A stretch of 64,000 bases of DNA from Octopus sinensis (Eukaryota): contig NW_021833049.1 of assembly GCF_006345805.1 (NCBI RefSeq), positions 22,472 to 86,471 on the forward strand. Reading direction: 5' to 3'. Numbering within the stretch: position 1 is the first letter of the stretch; every line of letters begins with the position of its first letter. This document shows, piece by piece, positions 53,912 to 64,000 of the stretch. The notes beneath the pieces are model-generated. The model ran no database searches. It was not told where the DNA came from and worked only from the letters and a program-made list of their open reading frames with translations. The translations under genes and the position numbers were made by a program.

Positions 53912-54400
53912 GCGTTGCTCGGGTTTGTAAGGGAAATAACTATATAAGCATTTTTAGAGAGTTACTTCCCTTATAAATTCGGGCTTTCTTAGCCATTTTT
54001 GTTTTGGTGTCTTCAAGCCATGAAGTCGTTGTTCTAAAAGAACGCTGGTTTCCTTCACAACGCATTACGACGTTGATTTCTTTACACTCCTTCCCCACAG
54101 CTTCACGAGGGAGGGAAGGGGGAGAAGCAAACAGGTGCAGCTGTGAGCGTGGACGCCAACTCCGCCGCCATCGACACACGATGCATTTTATGCATTAAAA
54201 TGGAATAAAAAATTATGTTAAATTATTTTTTAAATCGTAGACTCATCGTTGACGCGCGCTAATAGTCAGACGGGCTCGATATGAATCACGACTATAAGAT
54301 ACCCGAATTTGGTTAAACTGCACCGCAAAATGTGGGAGGAGTTAGGAATCTAAATCGAAGGGGACAGACACTCACACAACTAGAGTTTTATATATATAGA
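53912..54400 (-). mobile_element. Non-autonomous Helitron-like element, 3' end clipped
   Basis: Diverged reverse-complement copy of 53386-53880. Confidence 0.7.
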
Positions 54401-54494
54401 TATATATGGTTAAAATATAGATCAACGCCCATGTGGCAAAAATGGAAAAAAATATGTGTAACAGGTGTAAGGCATCGTATATTGAGGGAATATG

Positions 54495-55276
54495 ACGAAA
54501 AAAAAGCGCGCTGACAAACGGGGGTGGGAGGGGAGGGGGCTCGGAAAATTCCCACGATCAACCGTAGAGGATCCGAGCAATAAACCTCAACACCCGGTCG
54601 CAGGAGCGCAACAGAAACCGTCTAAATACTTCTCATGCAATGTGTATACAACAAATATCGAGAAAAAAATGCGTGCTGACAAACGGGGGCGTGGGGAGGG
54701 GGCTCGGAATATACCCACGATCAACCGTAGAGGATCCGAGCAATAAACCTCAACACCCGGTCGCAGGAGCGCAACAGAAACCGTCTAAATACTTCTCATG
54801 CAATGTGTATACAACAAATATCGAGAAAAAAATGCGCGCTGACAAACGAGGGCGTGGGGAAGGGGCTCGGAAAATACCCACGATCAACCGTTGAGGATCC
54901 GAGCAATAAACCCCAACGCCCGGTCGCAGGAGCGCAACAGAAACCGTCTAAATACTTCTCATGCAATGTGTATACAACAAATATCGAGAAAAAAATGCGC
55001 GCTGACAAACGGGGGCGTGGGGAGGGGGCTCGGAAAATACCCACGATCAACCGTTGAGGATCCGAGCAATAAACCTCAACGCCCGGTCGCAGGAGCGCAA
55101 CAGAAACCGTCTAAATACTTCTCATGCAATGTGTATACAACAAATATCGAGAAAAAAATGCGCGCTGACAAACGGGGGCGTGGGGAGGAGGCTCGGAAAA
55201 TACCCATGATCAACCGTAGAGGATCCGAGCAATAAACCTCAACACCCGGTCGCAGGAGCGCAACAGAAACCGTCTG
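54495..55276 (+). repeat. Tandem array of a 163-bp unit (~4.8 copies) at the 5' side of a LINE
   Basis: Near-identical units; ORFs at 54640 and 54803 are offset by 163 bp. Confidence 0.92.
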
Positions 55277-56505
55277 AATGGAGATGAAAAACCCAAGGAA
55301 GAAATAGAGGGAGGAAGAACTAAAAGAAGGACTAAAAGAACTAAAGGAAAAGCTCAAGCAGGACCAAAGGGTGAAACAGCCAGGAATAGAAGTGGAACCA
55401 CAAAGGATGGAAACAAACAGCGCACATGGGTGTGTAGGTTCTACCTGAGAGGTACCTGCTGGCATCGAGAGGAAGATGCAGGCTGCCGCTTTGCACATCG
55501 GGGACCCTGCCGCAGAGACACGAAACAGATAAGAAACAAACCATCAACAAAAGGAAAAGGGATGGACCACGCACCACCTGCCCCAAAACGGAGGTACGCA
55601 GATGTGGTGCGTGCCACAAACCGCCAACATGATGTTGTTGAAAGGGCAGCTGCTGAGCAAGAATCTTTTTTGTGCATGGCACAAAAGATTGTACAGCAGC
55701 TAACCTGGCTTCATCAAACCCAAGCTCGCAGGTGGGACTACCCACAATATACAAGACCACCACAGCAAACAGACCCAAGATGGACACCGCCGGCAACAAC
55801 ATACACCTCACCTCGATGCTCCTACTGAACATCAGAGGACTGCAAACACTCAGCAACAGAACAAAAATCCCGTTCTTGAGAGACTTTGTTGCATGCAATC
55901 AAGCCTTATGCCTAGCACTTACGGAAACGCACCTGAAACCGGACATAGCAGATGCGGAATTACACATACCACAGTATATTGTACTACGGACCGACAGAAA
56001 AGAAAGGAGTCATGGAGGAGTTGCTATGTACATCCGTGAGGACCTCACACCCCAGGTCCTTTTGTCTTACTCAAACTCGGTGTGTGACACACTAATTGTA
56101 CATATAAGGCAACTTGATGTAGTTGTGTGTGCTACATATCGCCCTCCAGATGCCCCAAGCCATGTAGGCAAGTTTGAAGACTGCCTTATAAAAATAGAAT
56201 AAGTTCTAATCACATTAGAACAACACATAAGTGTACTTCTCATGGGAGACTTCAATCTACCCAATGTCAGATGACCCGAGGGCCTTTCTCTCCCAGGAAT
56301 GACAAGATGTGAACGAGGACAGGCGAGGTCCCTCCTGAACCTCATCAACACCCTGTACATGGAGCAAGTAATACTTCAACCAACCAGGGCAAGTAACACA
56401 CTGGATCTCTGCTTCACAAATAATATGGATCTCATCCATAATGTGAAAGTGACACCGACACTACTCTCGGATCACAGCATGGTAGAGCTGACCATGTACG
56501 GGCCA
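55277..56505 (+). mobile_element. CR1/Jockey-group LINE: ORF1 C-terminus with CCCH finger and ORF2 APE endonuclease, 3'-truncated
   Basis: CRFYLRGTCWH....CRFAH; LLLNIRGL, ALTETHL, RTDRKERSHGGVAMY, YRPP, MGDFNLP, PTRASNTLDLCFTN and SDH. Confidence 0.88.
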
Positions 56506-57099
56506 AAATTTGAGACCATTATCATTATCAAATATACGAAGCCCAATATACCAATCTTGACTCCTCATCTGATAAAGGTACACTAGGCACATGCGTCACA
56601 ACCATATGTGTGTGACTTGGTGATCTCATATCAAGATAAACAGTGCATGACTGCAGGTGGGGCCCAGTTAGAATTTTCTTAAGGTTAAGTAGCCCATCCT
56701 GCTCAAAAGGTCCTGCAATAAGGTTTGTTTAAGGATGATAAATGAAACACCCATATTTCGAGAAGTGAATTATTCAAACCCCAAAGCCATTAAGGGCTGA
56801 CAATATGTGCTTGACTGGTTATGGTTAAGCAACTAACAATCAAATCTATGGTATAGAGCAGAATATTTGCTGTAGTCCATCATGTATACCAAGACAAAGC
56901 ATGTATATGATAGCATTTCCAATCAGTTAAGATCAAAAGCCATGAAAGCCAGTGCCTGCTACTCCATCAGGGAGCACGGACATGCAGCCTACAAGAAACC
57001 CTCAGAATCTTTCCAGCTTGAACTACCATAAGGCAAACTGGAAACAAATTGAGAAAGAGATCCTCAAACAAAACTGGCCTGAATGTCTCTCCTCAACAG

Positions 57100-57939
57100 A
57101 CATCGTTTGGTTCCATTCAAGCAATTCGTAATGGATAATCCCTTCCCAGTCCCACCATACGCACAACATCATTTTATGCGGATGAAGATCTTGTTTCACG
57201 CGTGGTATTGCTTGTTTACTGAGGTTAAGCCATTCCTTATGCTGCTTCATATTGATGTACAGGCACCATTTTTTGTCGCCAGTAACAATTTGGTAATGAA
57301 ATCCTTGCTTGTGTCCATGAATTGAGTGGTGACGAGCAAGCAAACCAGTGGAGATTGTGGCTCGTTGATTTTTGTTGTTGTCACTTAAAGCAGGCGGAAC
57401 CCATGCTCCATACTTCTGAACCTTTCCCATCGAGTGAAGATGCTTCTCTATAGCAGTGTGGGATCATTCCATTTTCTCTGCCAGTTCCTTTGTCGTTTGA
57501 TGAGAATTTTTGTGCAAAATTTGGTTTAATCGTTTTTCATCAAACTCATCTGGACGACCAGAACGAGGTGCGTCTTTGAGATCAAAATTTCCACTTTTGA
57601 ACTTGGCATACCAATCACGAGTGGTTCTTTCAGCTATGGCACCCTTTCCATACACAGCACAAATGTCACGAGCAGCTTTTGCGGCCTTAGAACCTTGATT
57701 AAAAGCAAAAAGAAGGCGATGTCGAAAATGCTCGTCTTTCTTAACTTGACATTCCATTTTAATGATCTAAAAATAAACAAAAATTAACCAAAATTAACTA
57801 GAAAAAAACAAAAAAACAAAATAGATTAAAAAATGATTCAAAAATAGAATTCTTGAAAAAAAATAGATTCCAAAATTTAAAAACGTAATAAATTCCAAAA
57901 TTAAAAAACAACGGTGGGAACTTAGTTGCCAACCCAATA
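57100..57939 (-). mobile_element. Mariner element, 5' TIR plus truncated transposase
   Basis: TA-ttgggttggcaactaagttccc TIR; EHFRHRLLFAFNQG HTH, PRSGRP, WVP, IVTGDKKW. Confidence 0.9.
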
Positions 57940-57964
57940 TTATTTTTACTTCTTTTTCATCTTT

Positions 57965-58790
57965 ATGGATGAGTCAAGATATCTGGTTGTTTCACCTCTA
58001 TGACTTGGCTGCACTACATGTTAAAATCCCAGAGTATTTTGTAATGTTCGTTTTCCATTACCCTCTCTGGCTTGTGTTCATAGCATTGTTTGGCTCTCTC
58101 GAAGTTTGCTTTACTGCACAACAGTCAGTGGACATATCTGGCCACATTGTTGTGTCTCCTTTTATATTCACGTTGTGCAAGCTTACAGCACTCACTAACA
58201 ATATGGCTTATACTTTCTCACTTCTCAGAGCACATCCTAGTGCTTTTATCAATGTGTTATTTGGAGTAGTTGGTTCTGAGAGCTTGTTCTCGAGTGCTGC
58301 ACACTAATGCCTCAGTGGGCCCTTTTAAGTCTCTTTTCTGCAGCCATTTCCAGGTTCTATTCCAATCAATCTCATCTTTATTCTTCAAGCACCGACTGTG
58401 TATTTTCTTGTCCTGCCAAATTCTTTTCATCTGCTCTCTCTTGTCTTTTTAAAATTGTATTGGATGTATGGCTTTGTTCACTTTTAAGGTTCCCTACATT
58501 TTTACTGCTTCAATCATTTCTTCTTTATTTCCCTTGACATACCAGACCAGGCTATTTTTTTCTTCCCTTATGAAACCTTCACAACACACTAATCCCTATC
58601 CTCCCTCCCTTCTCTTTACATACAATCTTGACACATCACTCTTGGAGTGTAGTTCCTTGTTCATTGTCCTTAATTTACATGTTCTCTGGTCTATCTCTTG
58701 TAATTCATGCTTCTTCCAAGATACTATTCCTTGCCCCATATCTCATCAAAGCAACAGCCCACTTGTTAATTGCTCTAATCTTATAACAGC
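57965..58790 (-). mobile_element. Degenerate R4/Dong-like (REL-type) non-LTR fragment
   Basis: Minus strand TEALVCSTREQALRTNY, SHIVSECCKLAQREYKRRHNNVARYVH, KILWDF...PDI. Confidence 0.65.
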
Positions 58791-58817
58791 CATTATTACT
58801 ATCATCTTTATTATTAC

Positions 58818-59990
58818 TAAGGTGGTGAGCTGGCAAAATCGTTAGCATGCCGGGTGAAATGCTTAGCAGTATTTCGTCTGCCACTACGTTCTGAGTTCAA
58901 ATTCCGCCGAGGTCAGCTTTGCCTTTCATCCTTTCGGGGTCGATTAAATAAGTACCAGTTACGCACTGGGGTCGATATAATTGACTTAATCCATCTGTCT
59001 GTCCTTGTTTGTCCTCTCTGTGTTTAGCCCCTTGTGAGTAATAAAGAAATAGGTATTTCGTCTGCTGCTATGTTCTGAGTTCATATTTTGCTGAGGTTAA
59101 CTTTGCCTTTTATTCTTTCGGGGTCGATAAATTAAGTACCAGTGAAACATTGGGGTTGATGTAATTGACTAGTCCCCTCCTCCAAAATTTCAAGGCCTTG
59201 TGCCTTCAGTAGAAAGGATTATTATTATTATTCCTGTTAAGGTGGCGTGCTGGTAGAATTGTTAGCATACCAGGCAAAATACTTAGTGGTGTTTCGTCTG
59301 TTGTTACGTTCAGAGTTCAAATTCCACTGAAGTTGATTTTGCCTTTCATCCTTTTGGGGTCGATAAATTAAGTACTAGTGAAACACTGGGGTCGATGTAA
59401 TTGACTAGTCCTCTCCCCTAAATTTCAGGCCTTGTACCTATAGTAGAAAGGATTATTATTATTATTATTATTAAGGTGGCGAGCAGGCAGAATTGTTAGC
59501 ATACCAGGCAAAATGCATAGTAGCATTTCGTCTATCTTGATGTGTCGAGTTCAAATTCTGCCAAGGTTGACTTTGCCTTTCATTCTCTCAGGGTTGATAA
59601 AATAAATACCAGTTGAGTACTTGTGCCTTAAGTAGAAATTATTAAAGGTGGCAAGGTGGCAGAATCATTAGCACGCTAGGCACAGTGCTTAGCAGCATTT
59701 TGTCTATCTTTAAGTTCTGAGTTCAAATTCCGCCGAGGTCGACTTTGCCTTTCATCCTTTTGGGGTCAATAAATTAAGTACCAGTGAAACACTAGGGTCA
59801 ATGTAATCGATTTTCTCCATTCCCCAAAATTCCAGGCCTTGTGCCTGTAGTAAAAAGGATTATTATTACTCTTATTTTTATTATTATTATTTGCTAATGT
59901 TTGCTTTGTCTTGCATCCTTCTGGTATTAATAAAATAAAGAACCAGCCAAGTACTGTGATTGATGTAACTGATTAACCCCATTACCTGAA
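58818..59990 (+). repeat. Head-to-tail array of ~6 tRNA-SINE copies with (TTA)n tails; further clusters at 60838-61290 and 63550-63950
   Basis: Repeated ggtggcgagctggcagaa..gttagca...ttctgagttcaaattccgccgaggtcgactttgcctttcatcctttcggggtcgataaattaagtacc. Confidence 0.9.
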
Positions 59991-60222
59991 AATTCATGGG
60001 ATTATGTCTAAATTAGAAACAGTTGGCAGAACCATTAGAACAGTAGAAAGAGATACAATGTTATACTGTCTCTGGTTTTTAACATTCTGAGTTTGAATGT
60101 TGCCTTGGAATGTTTTAATATTAGAGATATCATGATATAGCCTCAGTTGGGTTGTTAATAAAGGGACTAAGGTTTGTTATGATTTATAATGCTAACAACA
60201 ATTTTTCCGTTTGTCTTCTCAG

Positions 60223-60342
60223 AGGTTGTGAAAGGTCAGACATCTCCAAACATGTTCTCATACATGATGAACCGAAGCACATCTGTGAGGTCTGTGGAAA
60301 AGCATTCCGACACATAAAGAACAAAGAGCTACATGTCAAAAG
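60223..60342 (+). CDS. Internal exon of a C2H2 zinc-finger protein gene
   Basis: Acceptor tcttctcag, donor ag|gtatga; GCERSDISKHVLIHDEPKHICEVCGKAFRHIKNKELHVK; phase matches the next exon. Confidence 0.85.
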
Positions 60343-60591
60343 GTATGATTTAAGCATTCAGCTGTGAAAAGATGCAATGTGTTATTCTTTCCTTCATGGT
60401 TGAAAGACTTTGGTGCCACGTGTTAACTACTTATCCATAACAGTTTTTTAATGCCTTATTTTGTAACAGTTGTTCCCTACTGGTTCTTGGACCCACTTTG
60501 GAGTCCCGGACCATGCAAAAAGTATCTTCCACTTCTTATTTTCTCTTTATTTCTCTCTCTCACTCTCTCCACTGCCACTTTCATTGAGCAG

Positions 60592-60748
60592 ACATAAAGG
60601 TCAACGAGATTACAAATGTGGAGTTTGCGATTTCTTCGGTTACACGTTCACGGACATTCGGAAACATATTGAGAGGAAGCACTCTGATCTGAAAACCTTG
60701 GATTGTGATAAATGTAGTCAGACTTTCCATAATGAAAGTTTACTCATT
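60592..60748 (+). CDS. Next exon of the same C2H2 zinc-finger gene
   Basis: Polypyrimidine tract and cag acceptor, donor gtaagt; (R)HKGQRDYKCGVCDFFGYTFTDIRKHIERKHSDLKTLDCDKCSQTFHNESLLI. Confidence 0.88.
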
Positions 60749-61339
60749 GTAAGTCTCTCTTTTTTTAAATTTTTTTATTGCTTCTTTTTTGTTTTCAACT
60801 TCACTTCCATTATTCATTGCCAATATTCATTTCCAGTAAGGTGGTGAGGTGACAGAATCATTAGCATGCCAGGTGAAATGCTTAACAGTATTTCATCCAT
60901 CTTAATGCGGCGAGCAGGCAGAAACATTAGCACGCTGGGCGAAATGCTTAGCGGTATTTCGTCTGCCGTTACGTTCTGAGTTCAAACTCCACCGAGGTCA
61001 ACTTAGCCTTTTATCCTTTTGGCATCGATTAAATAAGTACCAGTTATGCACTGGGGTCGATATAGTCGACTGAATCCGTTTGCCTGTCCTTGTTTGCCCC
61101 CTCTATGTTTAGCCCCTTGTGGGCAATAAGGAAATAAATATTTCATCCATCTTCACATTCTGAGTTCTAATTCCGCTGAGGTCAAGTTTGCTTTTCATCC
61201 CTTTAGGGTCAATAAAATAAGTACCAGTTGAGTACTGTGGAGGATGCAATCATTTTACCTCCTCCTTTGAAATTGCTGGCCTTGTGGCCAAAATTTAAAA
61301 TCAATATTCATATCTAAAATTTTGCAAAAACATGTCTGA

Positions 61340-62030
61340 CCATCGGGAATTTTACCATGGTCTTCTTTAGAGTAAGTGAGGAGAGGTGTTTCAGCTACAC
61401 AGATTGTCTTTGTTTCTGGCTCAAAGTGATGAACCCAACACTCATCCTGGGTTAGGAAACATTCTAGGAAACCAGCTGGATCTGCCTCAGACAATGTCAG
61501 ATTTTTCTGTGGTGTGATCAGCCTAGTGCCATTTTGATCAGGTATCAGAAGATATGGCACCTATTGAACAGAAACTTCCATCATGCCAAGTTCATTGTGC
61601 AGGTTATTCTCAACTCTTTCATGGAATATGCTTATAGCATTGGCTATTTGATTTATAGTCAAATGCCTGTCATTTATCACCATGTGGTGAGCATGATCAA
61701 GGTCTTAGTGGAGGGTGGTGTCATCTTCAAGGTTTTCCCTTCTCCTCTACCCACTTTTGCATTGTTGATAAAGCTGGGTGTCCTTCCGTAATGTAGCAAC
61801 CATGTCAGCATAAATGTTGCTGGGGGCTAAACCCTTTTTCTGCAGGTACCTGATAATGCCACAATTCCAAATTTTGTCAATTTTCAAGAGAAGTCACTAC
61901 TTGTTACTTTTGAAGTCTTCTTTGAACAGTCAAATGTCAGTTTACCTGGGAAGAAACAATGCAGTTATTAATAAAAGGAGTTGTAATTAATGCATGCATG
62001 ATTTCACAACTCTAGAATCACACCTTCATA
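61340..62030 (-). mobile_element. Degenerate mariner transposase
   Basis: EADPAGFLECFLTQDECWVHHFEPETK. Confidence 0.75.
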
Positions 62031-64000
62031 GTCAGCATATGAACTTTACAGCCCACCTCCTTTTTTACACACATGCACGTACACACACACACAAACAACA
62101 ACAACAACAACAGCATCATCAACAAAAAAAAAAAAAAAAAAAAAAAACAGATTTCTGCACATTTCCTATCAGCCACATTACAAATTACAAACAATCTTTT
62201 GTTTAGTCAAAAGAAATTTTTGGATGAATTGGCAGAGACATTTGAGTATTGAACAAAAAGCTTTTGAAGTATTTGTTCCAGCTCTTTATGTTCTAAGTTC
62301 AAATCTTGCCAAAGTCAGTTTTGACTTTTGTCTTTCTAGCATTAATAAAACAAAGTCCGAGTCAAGTACAGGGGTCACTTTAACTGACAAACCCCACTCC
62401 CCAAATGTGCAACCTTCTGCCAATGTTCTTCTAAGGTTGACTTTGTTTTCTGTCTTTTTGGGCTCAATGAAAAAGTACCAAATTGTTACTGGAGTCAGTG
62501 ATTCCAGCCAAGACCTCCTCCCATCTAAATTGTTAGCATTGTATCTAAATCAGAAAGTGTTGTTGTTGTTGCCATTATTTATCATTATAGAGTAATGTAG
62601 TTTTGAAGAAGCATTGTCTGATATATATAAATGATTTCATTTATTTTTTGTTTAAAGTCAAAACAAAGCAAGTTATAAAAAAATTAATAATATAGGTTGG
62701 TGGTTAGTACTGTTACCTGGTATCTTTTATCTCTTCTGTTTTAACTGTTTCTGTAATTAGACTGTGGCCATGCTAGAGCACTGCCTCAAAGAATTTTTAG
62801 CCAAATGTATTGACCTCTGTACTTATTATTTTAAAGCCTGTACTCATCCTATCAGTGTCTTTTGCTGAACTGCTAAATTACGGGGATGTAAACACACTAG
62901 CACTAGTTGGCAAGCAGTGGTGGTGGTGGTGGTGAGGGGGACAAACACAGACACACATGCATATAGGTAGAAGTATTGCCATGTCTTAAGAAGCTTGTTT
63001 ACCAACAACATGGTTCTGGATTCCGTCCCGCTGCACGGCACCTTGGGCAAGTGTCTTCTACTATAGCCTCGGGCTGACTAAAGCGTGGATTTGGTATATG
63101 GTAATTGAAAGAAGCCTGTTGTATGTGTTTGTGTGTGTGTGCATATTTGTACGTGCGTATGTATATATCTATGTGTGTGTGTGTTTCTGTCTCTGTTTGT
63201 CTCCTCATCACTGCTTGACAACTGGTGTTGGTGCGTTTACATCTCCATAACTCAAAAAAAAAGGTCCTGGGGTTGATTTGTTTGACTGAAATCCTTCAAA
63301 GCAGAGCTCTAGCATGGTCACAGTCAAATGACTGAAACAAGTAAAAGAATAAAATAATATATACAATGGGGTTCTTTCAGTTTCCATTTACCAAATCCAC
63401 TCACAAGGCTTTGGTCGGCCTGAGACTATAGTAGAAGACACTTGTCCAAGGTGCCACACGGTGAGACTGAACTCCAAACCATGTAGTTGGGAAGCAAGCT
63501 TCTTACCATTCAGCCATACTTGTGTCTATGTCAATATTCCAAAGTTAGAAGGTGGTGAGCTGGCAGAAACGTTAGCATGCCGGCCGAAATGCTTATTGGT
63601 ATTTTGTCTGTCGCTATGTTCTAAGTTCAAATTCCGCCGAGGTCAACTTTGCCTTTCATCCTTTCAGGGTCGATTAAATAAGTACCAGTCACTCACTGGG
63701 GTCGATGTAATCGACTTAATCCATTTGTCTGTCCTTGTTTGTCCTCTCTGTGTTTAGCCCCTTGTGGGTAATAAAGAAATAGGTATTTTGTCTGTCTTTA
63801 TGTTCTGAGTCCAAATTCCACCGAGGTAGACTTTGTCTTTCATCCTTTCGGGGTCGATAAATTAAGTACCAGTTGCATGATGGAGATGATCTAATCAACT
63901 GGCCCCCCTCCTGCCAAATAAATTTCGGGCCCTGTGCCTAGAGTAGAAAAGAATATTCCAAAGTTAGGACCCTCTAGGAAATCTCTGAAGATTTATCATT

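Noticed and set aside
54495-55276. CRISPR-like array
   Set aside because: Whole 163-bp units repeat with no unique spacers, no cas genes, eukaryotic context

Overview
AT-rich, microsatellite-dense animal genomic DNA. The SINE, RTE, Penelope, Chapaev and Helitron complement suggests an octopod cephalopod (inference). Host genes are few: one large exon of a type II membrane fucosyltransferase-like glycosyltransferase (35572-36720, -) and two exons of a C2H2 zinc-finger gene (60223-60748, +). The rest is mostly TE debris (Gypsy, Penelope-like elements [PLEs], CR1/Jockey-group, RTE, Tx1-like, R4/Dong-like, mariner, hAT, Chapaev3-like, Helitron, tRNA-SINEs). The most striking signal, read directly from the sequence, is about 15 minimal type I hammerhead ribozyme (HHR) motifs from about 8 unrelated repeat families. 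They include two retrozyme-like tandem arrays (~558-bp and ~357-bp monomers, one HHR per monomer, each with an internal fold-back inversion, one bounded by a 12-bp TSD) and a ~1.7-kb HHR-bounded unit that encodes only a GIY-YIG endonuclease with no RT. Several HHRs carry a compensatory U3:A8 core. At least five palindromes cluster between 18 and 33.5 kb. Some arms differ by homopolymer indels, so sequencing noise or assembly fold-back must be excluded. Coordinates were counted by hand and may be off by a few bases; TE boundaries are approximate.
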